64,000 bases of DNA from Schmidtea nova. Its lineage: Eukaryota. The DNA lies in the NCBI GenBank assembly GCA_044892505.1, contig CM097883.1, forward strand, positions 347,262,001 to 347,326,000, read 5' to 3'. The position numbers and the translations under genes were made by a program. Below, piece after piece: positions 1 through 13,983 of the stretch (positions are counted from its first letter, which is position 1; each line of letters begins with the position of its first letter). The notes below the pieces were generated by a model. It did no database searches, was not told the DNA's origin, and saw nothing but the letters and a program-made list of their open reading frames with translations.

Positions 1-25
1 GTGCATTTAATTGATAATTAACTGT

Positions 26-2320
26 TTATAAAGATGAGAAAGATGATTGTTTGTAAGATATTCTAATGATAGGCTTGAATTGTTTATCGACCGACAAAGG
101 CTTTTCTAGATATATATTCACCCGATATTTGTTGTTGCCTGTTCTATAATATTTGTTTACTGTGAATACTTCAATAGGTTTACCCTCGTCATTCAACATT
201 CCTCCCAAGGCCGTCTAGGTAATATCCCCATTACCTTTATCACATATGACGAGTTCAATTTTCGCCCTTTATTTGGATTATGGCCCTTTTCACTCCTTCT
301 CTAAATGCCAAATTTAGGATGTCTTCTTCCCCGATTTGTTTTCCAAAACAGGTGCAGAGATCCTTTTCTGTGATTAGGACCTTTTCTTTTGTTTTTATGT
401 AATAAGGCTCCTCTGGCATAATTTCCACTTCTGGTTCTGGACCAATGTCTTCTTCTGTCATAATGGCTCCTTGATCACTTGTGCTTGGCATCATACTAGG
501 GTCCATTTCGACTTCTTCAAATGAAAAATATTCTTCCTCAGGATCTAGATCGCATCCCTCCATTGGCTCTGTAAATACTTGTTGTATATTCGGTTCCTTT
601 TCGTTTCTATTATTTCCATATTTGGTGGCTTTGTCTCACTAATGAAAATAAGGTCGTCTTCACTATCCATTACTTCTTCCATAAACGTTTTCCGTTTTGC
701 CAGTATTTTTCCTTCTGATTCGCTTTCTGAGTTGCTTTTGTTATCATTTTCTTGTTTGTTTTCTCTTGTATTTTGGCTTCTTGAGCAAATTTCCTCTTGA
801 AAATTTTTTTGATTCCATTTGATTATCTCTTCCCACTGAGTCTCTGTTGTTATATATATTATTTTTAATATTTTTTGTGGTATCCGACCCTGAGAACGGT
901 TCCGGCTTTCTTAATATTTCATTTATTCTCTTATCTTTGAACCACCGTTTATGATAACTGATGACTTGGTATGCCAAGTTGGATAATTTTATTTTGTGTC
1001 TTCTTTCATCTCGAACACCCATCACATAGTTGATTTCTATCGCCAGTGTTTTCAGTTTTTCCATAATTCCGAACCATACTATTATTTTTCCATACAACAG
1101 GCTCCTGACCTCGTTTAACACTTTGTATTCGTCTTAATTCCCTATGATATTCTCTTTGATAGCCTTGATTTTTTCGACTTTAAAATCTTTGATTCTTGAC
1201 CTTGGGAATTTTTTTTTATCGTATACTGTTATTCCTTGTTCATCTCTTATGCTTATTTCAACTGGTCTTTGATTTCCGTTGATGTCCGGGATTAGTTTGA
1301 CATCTAGGAACATTATTAGTTTGTCCTTCTTCTATAGACAGATCCTGTTGTGTAAATGATATTCTTTGTTTGATCATGTCCTCCGTTGTTATATTTGTTG
1401 ACTGGATACTCGTATACTGTTATTCCTTGTTCATCTCTTATGCTTATTTCAACTGGTCTTTGATTTCCATTGATGTCCGTGATTAGTTTGACACCTAGGA
1501 ACATTATTAGTTTGTCCTTCTTCTATAGACAGATCTTGTTGTGTTAATGATATTCTTTGTTTGATCATGTCCTCCGTTGTTATATTTGTTGACTGGATAC
1601 TCTCCAGTTGTCTGAATGGGTTTGGCATTGTGGGAATATAGATAGCTTCAATTGCGATGACACAAGGTAGACTCTTCATTTGTATTAATATCTAATTGAA
1701 ATCGTTGCTAATGCTCCAATCTTTTCTTATTAGTTTTATGAAGAGAGAGCAGTTACTTGTTGTCATTAACGGGATTTTTTGTTGACAGATAGAGACCTCA
1801 GTTTTTGTGATATGAAATGTTAGCTGGCGGGGTACTTTTTTACCTTCTGTTACCGCTTTATCTACGTTTTTATATTGGTCGAAACTCCCAATGAGTTCTC
1901 TAAGTTTAACTCTTCGAGCATCATTGAATTTTATTATGCTCATCTCTCTTTCTTCAATGTCGGTCTTCATTTCATTTGGGATGCAAACCTGACTTGGGAA
2001 GTTTCGTATTGTGATGTGTTGTCCGTCTGTGCTAATTTTATTCTGAATGTTTTTGTAGAAACTGTTTCCTAGTTTGTTTATGAAGCAGTTATATTTCTGA
2101 TACGACGAGGGTTCTTCATTTTGTTTAAACATTTGATCATATTTTTCAAAAGATTGGTTGTGTGATTGGATTTGTTTTTATGGGTGTTGACGGTTGGGTT
2201 GGTTATACTGATCGAATTGTCTGTTTGATTGTCTAATGGGCTGATTGTGCTGGTACATTTTCTGTCTACAATCGAAATACATAATTTTAAGTTTGAAGTG
2301 TAATATTGGTTTTCCCTCAT
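26..2320 (-). pseudogene. Chain of same-strand broken ORFs (probably one decayed long accessory ORF of a retroelement) containing a DEDDh/REX4-like exonuclease-fold segment at ~880-1504
   Basis: Reading through stops and frameshifts gives IMFLDVKLIPDINGNQRPVEISIRDEQGITVYDKKKFPRSRIKDFKVEKIKAIKENIIGN*DEYKVLNEVRSLLYGKIIVWFGI, which aligns by eye with the exonuclease at 27935-28618 (IIFIDAEY...SICLIEYSGKILY...KLKNFVTQIHGIT...KKVRELTARKILMGY). The flanking ORFs are unrecognised. Confidence 0.55.
1221..1602. repeat. Tandem duplication, 2 x 191 bp
   Basis: gtatactgttattccttgttc...gactggatactc occurs at 1221-1411 and 1412-1602 with a few substitutions. The period is not a multiple of 3, so it frameshifts the ORF. 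Confidence 0.92.
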
Positions 2321-2323
2321 ACA

Positions 2324-2379
<56 letters not shown>

Positions 2380-2380
2380 T

Positions 2381-2636
2381 AATTTTAATAAATATTATTG
2401 ACCAATTATACTTGTGTTAACATTGTATATATGCCAGGTATGTATTTGTCCAAATGGTAATGCCCTGGTACATTTCTGACTGATTTTTAAGATGTATTTA
2501 AAAAAAATAAAACAATATTTACCAATTGATGTAATTAATTTTAATAAATATTAATGACCAATTATACTTGTGTTGACATTGTATATATGCCAGGTATGTA
2601 TTTGTCCAAATGGTAATGCCCTGGTACATTTCTGAC
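2381..2636. repeat. ~100-bp direct repeat pair
   Basis: ...gaccaattatacttgtgtt(a/g)acattgtatatatgccaggtatg...catttctgac at ~2381-2480 and ~2537-2636. Confidence 0.9.
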
Positions 2637-3037
2637 CAGTCGGCTCCGATACCGCTGCCTTTTCCATTTGTACTTTTTGTATATTTGTACACTAGTGTTG
2701 GGCCCGCCAAGTGGTCTAAAACCAACAATATAACAGTACAATTAAAACAACAAATGAAAATAATAAATACAAAAAACAGAAAAATCTGAATCAAAAATCT
2801 GAATAAAATAATAAATAATAATAAATAAATTAACAGCAGAGAAAATTCGAAATTTACATTAGAACGAGCAGCGAGGGGGCCTGAAACAGAAAAATAGAGA
2901 ATTAAATACAAGTAAAAGTACAATTAATTGATTAATTACTTTGAAAATCAGGACCACCCAGCGAGAAACCTGAACCGGAAATAAAATAATATTTACAATA
3001 AAATAATAGACAGGTTTTTATGGATGGCCTGATCCTG

Positions 3038-3072
3038 ATTGGTCAATCTGACCAGCCGGATCAGTATAAATA
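3038..3072 (+). promoter_or_regulatory. Putative Pol II promoter of a mobile element (reverse CCAAT plus TATA box)
   Basis: attgg at 3038-3042 and tataaata at 3065-3072 in a locally GC-richer block with short inverted repeats. Confidence 0.35.
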
Positions 3073-5329
3073 CCGATCCGAAAATCAAAAAAGGAACACA
3101 CACTTGTTTTACAAAGCGTACTTTTGAGTGTTAAACCTTTGTGCGAAACTCTCGAACATTTATTTTGAACCTTTATTTTGCGAGCAGAATATTAACTTAA
3201 CGAATTGGAACAGTAAATTTAATTGGTTTGATTAATTTATGTACCCATGATTTTATCATTATAATCTTATTCTATGTTTTGATTTTATCTTTATGCATTT
3301 AATTCATTTTAACTCATGTGTATAGTTATGATTCCTCGACTGCTCACTCGGCGAGGGAGCCAAAGTCGACGTCGTGGAGCCTAACGGTTTCACACGGTGG
3401 TTTCACCTTTTTATGAATTTGTCAAATTTCGATATTTAGGATGATTGCAATTTATGAATTTTATGATTATAGTTTTCAAATTTTGGTTGCACCTAAGATG
3501 AATCGGCACAAGTAGAGGGTATTATCATTAAGAACTACCATGCGTCAGGAGGCATCCCGAAGGTCTAAGGTACCTTCCACTCAACCTATTTTCGGCCATG
3601 CGACTAAGTATGTTTCATTGACTGTGGCATGCAATACCAGCTTACGAACCGCAGTCACTTCGTAAGTGTATCTACAGGTAAGGTAATTATGATGGAGGAC
3701 TATGGTTTGAACATCCACTGACAGACTTGAAAAAATTAATCGATTTCTGGAATTTGAGTCAACCACAACAACAATATTTATATTGTCGCTTGATTCGATT
3801 CAAATGTTATCGAAAAACTTGGTACACTGAATTCCTCTTGTTTTGTTGAGAAAATTAAAAGCAAATTTTTTTTTCTGCCGAGAAAATAATGCCTGAAAAC
3901 GAATATAATCGAAATGTCGTAACCCAAATTTAATTAGAATATAAAAATATTTGAATTATTCAACTAATTATATATACGACAAATATGATATTTCTAAAAC
4001 ATTGACGCTTTCCCTAAAAATATTCCTTGATACATCAACAATACAATTATTTAGCTTATTGAAGAAAAGAGACATTTTTAGTCAGATGATAGTCATACTT
4101 CATATAAAATTTCTCCCTAAACTAAGTGTTCGATAAATTAAATTAAACAAGTGATTCTCAAATTTTGTGGATATATACTGTCCTCTTGGTTCCAAGAACA
4201 TTTTCATAACCCTTCCCCAACCATAATCAGGATGACAGACTGTATGACTGTACGAATATTAAAAAGTATTTAGAATCTATAATCTGAATCATATTTTTAT
4301 TAAGTAGAGTATTAGAGTGATCTTTTAATGTAGGTTAAATTGAAATCAACGCAGAAAAATTGACTTCATCATCAGGTTTTTAATTCACTGAGATCGCCCT
4401 TCTTTTTTATCTTATGAATTTATGCTGAGTCAAATGATGAGTTACGAGAAACAAGAGCAAGCAGAACTATTGCGTTAACGATCAAGAAAATTACACTAGT
4501 TACAACAAAAAAGTCTGTAAATAGTCTCTTTGTTGCTCCGAACACCCGAGTTGGACTTGGGACTGACTGGCCTCCAGTGTTCCTTTAGTTTAATTTAAAG
4601 CTCCCAAAAGGGTGGTACCACCAACTATGGTAATCACTGGATTAAATGATTAGCCAAATAGCACATGATACAAAGAATAAGAAAAAAGAAATACAGATAT
4701 TTTAAGCCACATCAAATTGTAACACAAATTTGTATTAAGTTTATGTTAGCGTTTTTCCAACGTCAATTGCTATATAAATAGTTTTCACTGAGGCCAATCA
4801 TTTTGTGACAAAATAAGTTTCTCATTAAATGAAGTCTTGAAATATAAGTCGATTTAACAATTTCTATACACCATTTCTATATTCAATCTTCTATAAGCAG
4901 AGAATTTTTTGGTCACACTCACGTGACTTTTGTCTGTAAGCTGGACAGGTTTAAATATATCCGGTTACTTTTATTAATATCCGTCTACTAGCTATCCTAT
5001 GCATTTGAATACATGTCACACAAGTAGGCATACATGCCTCGAAGGCACTAGACATTTCTCTGCTTACAATAGGATGAATTTAAAAACGATATAAATTAGA
5101 TCACGTAAATTCGGCGGCATGTTATAAATGTGTACGCATACATACTTCAAAAACTACAGATTTCTCTTCTTATAGCAGATTCAAATTGGAAATGGTGTTG
5201 GTTGGTATTCAGTGTGGTTGGAAATTTTGTTCAGTGTTTAGGGCGTTAATTGTGAATACCGTTATAAATTACTTCTCTCGATCATTTATTGATAATTTGA
5301 ACGTTGAGCTAACGAGTTTGAAGCGATAA

Positions 5330-5578
5330 AAATAAATTTTAAGAGAGAACCAAAGGTTAGAATCCAGATTAACTCAAGCGTACCTAAAAGGGAGACTTCT
5401 CATTCGGTTACCTAGCCTAACGCTTGAAGAGTGCAGATAACATTTTTACAACTTTGTGTAATCGAAATTGTGTTTGATAAATTTGAAAATAAAGATTATT
5501 GTGTTGGGTTCAGTTCATTATTGTCAAAGAAAGAAATAGGAGTCAGATATCAATCGACTATTTGATAATAACCCAACA
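5330..5578 (+). mobile_element. 3' part of an LTR (family A, related to 19390-20283)
   Basis: gaagagtgcaga...ttattgtgttgggtt...aggagtcaga...ataataacccaaca matches the 3' end of the 19390-20283 LTR. No PBS follows; the left boundary is approximate. Confidence 0.7.
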
Positions 5579-6809
5579 TAATGAAGTTTAATTTCGTTGA
5601 TAGCGATTTTTGCCAAATTAATATGATTTCTTATAACATACTTGTTTCATACAAAAATAATTATTTTTACTTACTGTATACAATTAACCATGTCTAATTT
5701 TGCACTTTGTTGGATAATTTTTTTGAATTTTTTATTTTGATAGAATTTTGTTACATTTGAATAAAAATTAATTTTTTTCCTAATAAATCATTCCGTTATA
5801 ATCACATACAGTGTATGTCATTCACTGAAATTATCAACAAATTTATTATTGAGCTAAAACTTAAACCCTGAGGAGTTTGTTTGATTGGAACGGTTACATA
5901 GCATATAGAGTGTGCAAGAAGTGAATTTAAAATGCCATCAAAAAACATCAATTAAACACGAATAACCATGGAAACCCGACATAAATTAATTAAAACACGT
6001 TTTAAAAATAATATAAAATACTTCACATCAAGTAAACAAATATAAAACACAAAAATAACATAAATCACTAATTGCAGTAAATTTACAACAAACTAGAGAA
6101 AATTCAAATATTTTATGGAAAAGTTGTCGAATTATATCAATTAAATGGTAAAAACATGTAATAAAATTATTTGAATAGTGGCCAAGTCTCGACTAAGTAT
6201 TCACCTGCTAAAATTTTTCAATGATGCTCACTCAACAAAACTCGTAATTGTTACTCTTGACAACAAAGGAATATAATTTACATCTAGGAAAGGAGATGTT
6301 CTCAATAGTAAATTTGGCAATGAATTGATTTTTATCCGATATCCGTTGAATTACAAAAATAAACATAATATCATCACCGAATTAAAAGAAAATATACTTC
6401 AGAATAGCTGTTGCGAATTCTTGAATCATGTCGTGAAATTTAAATTGACCTAAAAATAGAAAATCGATAAATCATTTACTATAGAAAATTTTTTACCCAT
6501 AGTAAAAATTAACCAATATATAATGGAGAATCATAATGGAAATCAACCGTGAATCTAATTTCGGTGTCCAGTCTGAATAAAATAAATTTAAAATATAATA
6601 TCTATATAGCAGTGTTTCACAATGTGGGGCCCACACCCCACAAGGGGTTTTGTTTTTAAAAGGGGCAATAATTAAAAATATATAAAACAAATAAAAATTA
6701 AATTTTATGCAAAAATAAAAGTTAAGGACTGGCGAAATATGACTAAAATGTCTGCTTTGTAAAAATGAAACATCAACAAATTTAAATTTAAAAACCTGCT
6801 GGGAAAAAT

Positions 6810-7675
6810 TGTTGGGTTTTTAGGTTTTTGGTGAAATTTCAAAGTCACTAATCAAATTTCTGACTACAAATGTGTGCTTTATTAATCAATAGAATAACAA
6901 TTACAACATAAATCTTTATTGATATCACAACTGGTTACATTATTAAACTAGGTAAAATCAATCAACAACATGATACAATTATATAGTGCTTATTACAACA
7001 CTTATGTGAAGAATAGCACCTGTGTATAATATCCGTCCAACAACCACTAGCTACTGATTTCAATTAAACAATGGGTAACCAACTAATTGCTTTCTTAGCC
7101 CAACAAAAATTATCCTAATAAATTTCTCAATATATTTCTCTCGATACGTTTCTCAATAAGTGTCTCTCGACAAGTTTCTCAATAAGTTTCTCTCACAAAT
7201 TCTTGCCACAAAACGTCTGTCATAAAACTGATGCCTTTCCTTTTTATTGTTCGCAGTTCTCCGGCGCTCATAATTCTTTTCCCCATTCCTGTCGCAGGCA
7301 TTTGCAGTTTAATTTTTCAGCTCCCGTGTTACCCATAACAGGTTGGCACTCGAGATAATTTGTTTTTCCCTTTTTGCCTCTGTCACTTTCCAAAAGTTTT
7401 TTTTCAGTTCCCGTGTTATCTCTGATAGCTGTCAAGATGTCTATTTTGTTTTTCCAATTTTGGAATTCCTCTTTAATTTGCATTTATTAATTATAAGTGA
7501 CTTTTCTCCGCTTTATTGTTGAATCTGTTTTGTTTTTTATTCTTTCCTCATTTATCAATTTTTTGTTTTTCTGTTTTCTTCTCTAAGTTCAAGAATAATA
7601 TCTCAGTTACCCTATTTGTTTTCTACAAAATTCCGTTTATTTATAATATTATTTTCTCTTTAGATATCCTCAATA
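6810..7675 (-). mobile_element. Solo LTR (family B, related to 33705-34673)
   Basis: Starts tgttggg at 6810. Colinear blocks are shared with 33705-34673 (gcttatta..acact..tg.gaatagc; ttattaattataagtgac; tag(a/g)tatcctcaa(t/c)a). No TSD recognised. Confidence 0.65.
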
Positions 7676-7758
7676 TATCTCCCCATTTAAAAAATTTTTC
7701 CTCGAATTAAGTATTTTCGTTATGCTCAGTCAGTTTTTTGCCAAATTAATTTTCTTAA

Positions 7759-10404
7759 CCCATTAAGGACCGTTATAAGTTAGGGTTTTTTTTGTTGTAT
7801 GTCTTGAAGTCTTTTAATTAGGTTTGTCATCGACTATGGAAAACCAAAAGTTCATGGAATTCAATTCACCCTATGTGGGTCAAACTTGCTGATCTCAGAT
7901 GAGATCAGTGGTCCTTTATATGCAGGAAATGGGTAGAAAGTGAAAAATATATGTTTCACTCAATAAACATGATAAGTTTCAAAACAAGTTTGATTTAAAG
8001 TTACATTGCATTTTTTACAGTAGGATCGGGTCTACTGCTTCAGTTCTCGCCATGACATCGTCCTTGCTCTTCTCTTCTGGCCATGAAGTGACCATTGCCA
8101 TCATATCTAAAATAACAAATGTCATTCACATACAACATGGCAATATTGTAATGCATAAAGAAATTTTTCACCTCACTGTATTAAAATTGCTTGATAGCTG
8201 TGCCCCTCTCTTCACTGATGGATATTGACATTGTTTCATGTATGCCATGGCTATAGCTCTGGTAAAATCCAGAATTGAAGTCTTATTACCATGTACCACG
8301 TTGTGTAAATGCCAAGCATTTGTGACAAACATTTGTAGAGCATTTATTACAAGTGGCCAATACCATTTTTTAGAAGTGATAGATATTTTGTAACAGTTCA
8401 CTGCATTGTCTGTCAAATCCACACAACCCATTCCTTGGTTGTAGTGTCGAATCAACGCTGGTATGGAAACGTCAACAGAGCCTTCTCGTTTTTTCCAGCG
8501 TACAACTATTCAGTCAATATTTGCAGAACAAAAATTTGAAGAAATAACAACTGCTTTATTGTCCATCCATTTCACAACCTGGATTTGGTTTCTTTCATCA
8601 AACTGAAAGTCGACACTGCCACATCCGGCTTTGTTTAACTCCTTCTCCGTTTTCAGTGGACACTTCATTAGTCTGTTTTCTCTACATGTCACAATAGCTG
8701 GCGTATTCATTTCTTTTAATTGAACAAATAATGGATAAGATAAAAAGAAATTATCAAAGAACAGAATATGTTGTGCAGGTTCGGTAAGCAGCTTTGCAAA
8801 ATGTAGCACTACTTTCAGACCAAGAGGGACGTTAGTCTTTTTCCTACCATCTTTCCCACAATAAAGATTGAATTGATAGCAATATACTGATGAGCTGCAC
8901 AAAAGCTAATTTTTCAGGCCAAATAGAATTGGTTTGTTAGCAATAAATTGCTTCAGGGGATGTCTTCCGTAGTATTTCACAATTTGCTCATCCACAGACA
9001 ACATTTCGTGCATAAATTGAAACTGTAGAAAGTTTTTATTCAAAATGTCGTACAAAGGTTTGACTTTGAAATTTCGTTTCGACGATTGTGAGAGCTTTGC
9101 GTTATTATTGAAGTGGATATACTTCTTTATTTGCATGAACTGTGCTCGGGGCATAGTATTTGCCACCAAAGGAACACTTAAATCCTCAGCATCAGACCAA
9201 TATAACTTTTGCTGTGGTCTTTTGTTGTATCCAGTTAATAATAAAATTCCAATAAATCCTTTTAATTGTTCATCAGTCATTGAAAATGCGTGATCATTCT
9301 TTTGTCTTGCATAAATTCGAGTTTCTCGGAGGATATGATCTCGGAGTAATTTTGAAAAGAAGAGTTCAAACAAACCAACTTTATCCAAATGAAGACAGGT
9401 TTGAATCATCCATTCTGTTCTTGTTGAATTAAAGTCTTCCTTTATAGAATTGGCGAAATCATGACAAATTGGCTTCCATTTTGGTTTTGAAACAGATTCA
9501 GACATTTTTTCTTTATTGTTTGATTTCATATTAACAACTTCATTAATTTAAAATGTACCTACTACATCACCAACAATGTCTTCATCATCCATCTCATCCT
9601 CATCAGTATTTTCATCTACATTTTCTGGTGGTATAAACACAACATTACAAATATTAGCACTATTTCCGCTGAGAATGTGATTAGCCACGTCTTTAGTAGT
9701 TCTTTTCGATAAAGTTCTCAATATCTAAAACAAAAGTAAGAAATGAATGAGGTAATTTTTTAAGAGATACTTCCTGCATGCAAATAATTCAGCGCTAAAC
9801 AGTACAAAAGTATTCGCTAAGAGATATTTTAATCATTCCCAATTTGAGCCCTATTCAGAATTAGGTCACTTTACCTTAGTGACAAGGTTAAAAAGCTAAA
9901 AATATTGTTCATTAATAAGTAGAAGCTGTTTCTAGTTAAAAATATTTATTATTTCATAGAACACTCAAATGGTTTTGAAGTGATCTCAAAATATGCCACT
10001 AGGTTAAAATTATTCATGCAGACGACCAGTGATCTCAAACGAGATCACACAGCTTTGGCGCTGTGAAAATACCATTTAACAAAACTACTCATGTTTCATA
10101 TGTTTATTACACTGATAATATTCTATGATCGTAAATGTTTTCGGGTTTTTATTATTTTAAATAATTTCTGACAGATGAAAAACTTACTTGCAAAGAACAA
10201 CACAGTTTTTTCAAAAAATGGCCAACTTTAACATTGTAAAACAAAGTCAAATCATGAAATAAAAATTTACTTTCAAGGTTAAAAAGTAAAAACTATTGTT
10301 GATCAATAAATAAAAACTGATTAAAGTAAAAAATATTCATTATTTCATAGAACACTCATAGGGTTTTAAAGTGATCTCAAAATATGCCAGTGGTCCTTAA
10401 TGGG
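7759..10404 (-). mobile_element. piggyBac DNA transposon, full length with defective transposase
   Basis: Perfect 13-bp TIRs cccattaaggacc (7759-7771) / ggtccttaatggg (10392-10404), flanked by TTAA at 7755-7758 and 10405-10408. Subterminal inverted palindromic repeats at ~7890-7913 and ~10022-10045. Confidence 0.95.
8005..9779 (-). pseudogene. piggyBac (DDE_Tnp_1_7/PGBD-like) transposase pseudogene
   Basis: Motifs SVDEQIVKYYGRHPLKQF, FFDNFF, YNQGMGCVDLTD and a Cys-containing C-terminus; in-frame TAG at 8906 and frameshifts; probable 46-nt intron at 9725-9770. Confidence 0.9.
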
Positions 10405-10547
10405 TTAATAACTATTTTGAGATTATTATATAATTTAATAATATTGGTAATAATAGATTAAAATTTGCTATAATAATAACAGATATTGCCATAATAATGA
10501 TAATCACAATAATACTATCAGTAATACTAACAATAGGAATGATGATG

Positions 10548-10741
10548 NNNNNNNNNNNNNNNNNNNNNNNNNNNNNNNNNNNNNNNNNNNNNNNNNNNNN
10601 NNNNNNNNNNNNNNNNNNNNNNNNNNNNNNNNNNNNNNNNNNNNNNNNNNNNNNNNNNNNNNNNNNNNNNNNNNNNNNNNNNNNNNNNNNNNNNNNNNNN
10701 NNNNNNNNNNNNNNNNNNNNNNNNNNNNNNNNNNNNNNNNN
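10548..10741. other. Assembly gap (others: 21065-21193, 21656-21791, 22033-22255, 30154-30283)
   Basis: N runs. Confidence 1.
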
Positions 10742-12587
10742 ACATATTAAAATTTCAGTTACAACTTATCAAACTATTGAACCACAAAAATATGTCAAAG
10801 AGCCGCAGTTTGAGCATGACTGATTTAGAATATTCAGATTTTATACTTAAATAATTTTCCAATTCATTAGTATGATGATCATAGATGGTGCGAAAAGTTG
10901 TATCGCGCTACTCTCCGGAATGCTACAAAGGCTACCTAGTGGATACTAGACCCACTATGCGCATGTTCTGAATCAATATAGGAAGGTATTAGTTAAAAAT
11001 CTAAATAAAGCAGTCAAGATCAAAAAAAAGTCAAGTTCCAAAATTCAGAATTGTAAAATTAAATTAACTCTAAACCAATACACTCAATATTCAAAAATTT
11101 TAAATATTTTTTTATATATATTTATAACTTTAATGCCATATGCATGATAAATTTTTACATTGAGAAGTGTTTTTGTAAATCAATTAATCTGCATTTGAAA
11201 TAGTTCTGCAAAGTTGATATAATATAATCTATAATATTAATTATTACAGTCATTACTTAAAGTGGCCAAAAACCTTTTTAAATTTATGAAATATAAAACT
11301 TTTAAATTTAATGTTTCTTTAAATTTTTTCTAAATAAGAACGGTGTTCATTATTGATTTTAATTTAATAAATATATAAGATATTTTCAAAGTATTTACGT
11401 CAAAGTTTAAGTTTAAGTTTTCATTTAAATGAATAGAGCTAACGCAATATTTCGTCATGCAACGAAAATGACTTGAAATAGCAGTTTCACTTAAATCCTT
11501 TAGTCCAATTCCAGCAAATCACATCTTTTTACTTTTTCATACGAGCTTGGCTGCCACCGAATCCAAACTGTCTAGCGTTAGAATATACAACAAATAACAC
11601 CCAAAAAGATGCAAGTTGCTGGTAGTGATTGCTATGCTTGACTCACAAACATCAACACGTTCCGAAACGATATGACCTTGATTTACTCTGATCATGTGTT
11701 GTTGCCATCGACGTTGTTCAAACTGCACAACTTATTGGAGCGTTCGTTTTTTAGCACCATTAAAGGAAACATGCAGCCAAAAAAACTTTTCGCGTACCAT
11801 TGATATATAGTAATAATCATAATTTAAATTTATAATGCTTTTAGTATTCTAAAATCAATTATGCTTCTACAAGAAATATTATTTCTAAAGCCAAAATATT
11901 TAAATTGGACAATGAATGATGGCTATTTGCTAATATGGTAATTTATTACACCAATTCTAATTTCAATCTCCTATAATCAAGAAATTGCAAGTCCCATATA
12001 TGTAACTTTAATTTGTAAGTTATTTTCTATACAATCGTCTTACTTATTAGTCATTAAATTTTAAATTTATAAAAAAATTATTTTATTTAATATTGTCACA
12101 TGAATCTAACTGCATGCTACTACCGTGTATATGTGCTAGCATCAGGCCGCTAACTTCTCAATGTTTAAATAAAATGTACAATTGTTTACAGTGTGTAGAT
12201 AATTTGAAGGAGTTGAATAAGAAAATGACTTATTTGCCCAATAAATGTAAACATGATCTCAATGACTATATGCAGCTCACCGTATATGAAAATTGTAGAT
12301 GGACAAGGAAGTTTTAGTTTGTGCTCCCCTGTCGCAATAAGAAAATCAGATAATCTTATGCACGATGTGTCATTTACAAGCTATTTATTTTGATTTTAAA
12401 AGAACTTAGCAGAATAATGATCATAAAAGAATATTGTCTAATCATAGGAAAAAAGATAATTTTGAAATGTGAATTTGCTCGAATGATATTTAAACCTTTA
12501 GAATACTTTCAATATATTAAATTAATTGAATCCTCCTCAAGCTATTTATTTTAAATAGATGTATATTAAACTTACGATGGTCTTTAA

Positions 12588-12826
12588 CCCTTTCTAAGGT
12601 GATAGCAATATACTGTACACCATTTTAAACTAATAAAAATATCTAAGTGTAACGCTGTCGGTAATCATTTTTACTTTTGGTACAACTACTGACATATATT
12701 GAGCCACAAGAGAACAAATTTATAGTATTTGAAACCATAGATGTGTTTTCCCGCTATATTTATATAATAATTATTAATAAACTTTGAGTTTTACATCACT
12801 TTTAGTTTCCTTTGCCTTAGAAAGGG
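12588..12826. mobile_element. piggyBac-type MITE (239 bp)
   Basis: 12-bp TIRs ccctttctaagg (12588-12599) / ccttagaaaggg (12815-12826) with TTAA on both sides (12584-12587, 12827-12830); no ORF. Confidence 0.9.
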
Positions 12827-13912
12827 TTAATCTAATTTGTTCGTACTACAAAATAAAATAATCGTTGGAAATATTTACCTTCTTAATGATGTAAACCTTT
12901 TGATAAAATTCTGAATTTGACCTAGATAAAATCAATTTTTAAATTTGATATTTCTTATAGAATTATTAGAATCTTTCTCAGTCAAATAGAAACGTTTCTC
13001 TATTTATATATTTATTTCGAAATTGATTGTTTCGTCACTCAGACAATTTCTTTTCAAAGATGGATTATCAAAATTCAAGATAATTAAAATATATTTTGAG
13101 GAAATGATCTTCATCATCAGTCTGCCATTTTAAACAATAATATGCATCAATAATAAATAAATAATTATTATTTAATGAATTGATTATATAATCCAAATAA
13201 ATTCGTAGTTGATTGAATATTAATTGTAGGGAATTGTGATTTAATTAAATTTCAATAAAGTGAAATGAATTACCAAACACAATTGATGTTGAATTCTTTA
13301 TCTAAACTATTATTCCAATATAAATATTCTATCTTTGTCGTCTAATTTAATATCAACAAAATTTATGATCCTTGTCTATTTTACTAATGACTAAGTAGTA
13401 TGTTTGTTCTGTCTCTGATTGATATTTATATTAAAAATTAGTTTTTTAAAATAGATTTATCAGCAATTGTGAAAATTTAAAGATAATCCTCTAAAATAGG
13501 ACAAAAATTACTCAACAACCTATTCTGATATTATTTCTCAAAATCTTTTTTTGAATTGCACTATTTGAACACCAATTAATTGTGCTTTTTCAAAAATCTT
13601 TTACAATAAGAAACTTCCAATTATTATTGACTACAATAATAAAAATTGACAAATATAAACTGAAATCGACAGTCAGAATGTTAGATATCTATCTATTTTT
13701 TTAAAAATTATTCTTTACAGTGAAACTTAAGTGTAATCATTTTATGTCTTAACTTTGATATTTACTTATTATTAAACGGGTTATTGGTATTTATTTTATC
13801 GTTTTGCATATATGATAATAAATAAAGAATAAGTTTGTCTGTTTGTAACGCTGTAAATTAGAAATTAAAATTGATTTATAATACATTTATCATCTACTTT
13901 TTATAATATGTA

Positions 13913-13913
13913 G

Positions 13914-13981
<68 letters not shown>
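13913..13981. repeat. (AAT)n microsatellite
   Basis: Direct reading; similar tracts at ~27243-27298 and ~55818-55873. Confidence 0.95.

Positions 13982-13983
<2 letters not shown>

Noticed and set aside
3484-3504. Possible PBS TGGTTGCACCTAAGATGAATC
   Set aside because: The complement does not fit the tRNA T-stem/acceptor register, and no LTR CA end precedes it
4340-4450. Hammerhead ribozyme (CTGATGA on the minus strand; also checked 8887, 47580, 55801)
   Set aside because: No correctly placed GAAA or supporting stems; several hits lie in coding sequence
6610-6660. hAT/Charlie-like terminus cagtgtttcacaatgtgggg (and gaggccggattaag at ~17827)
   Set aside because: No partner TIR or TSD found
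10497-10823. ORFs spanning N runs (also 21004, 21618, 21918, 22000, 30138)
   Set aside because: They are open only because of assembly gaps
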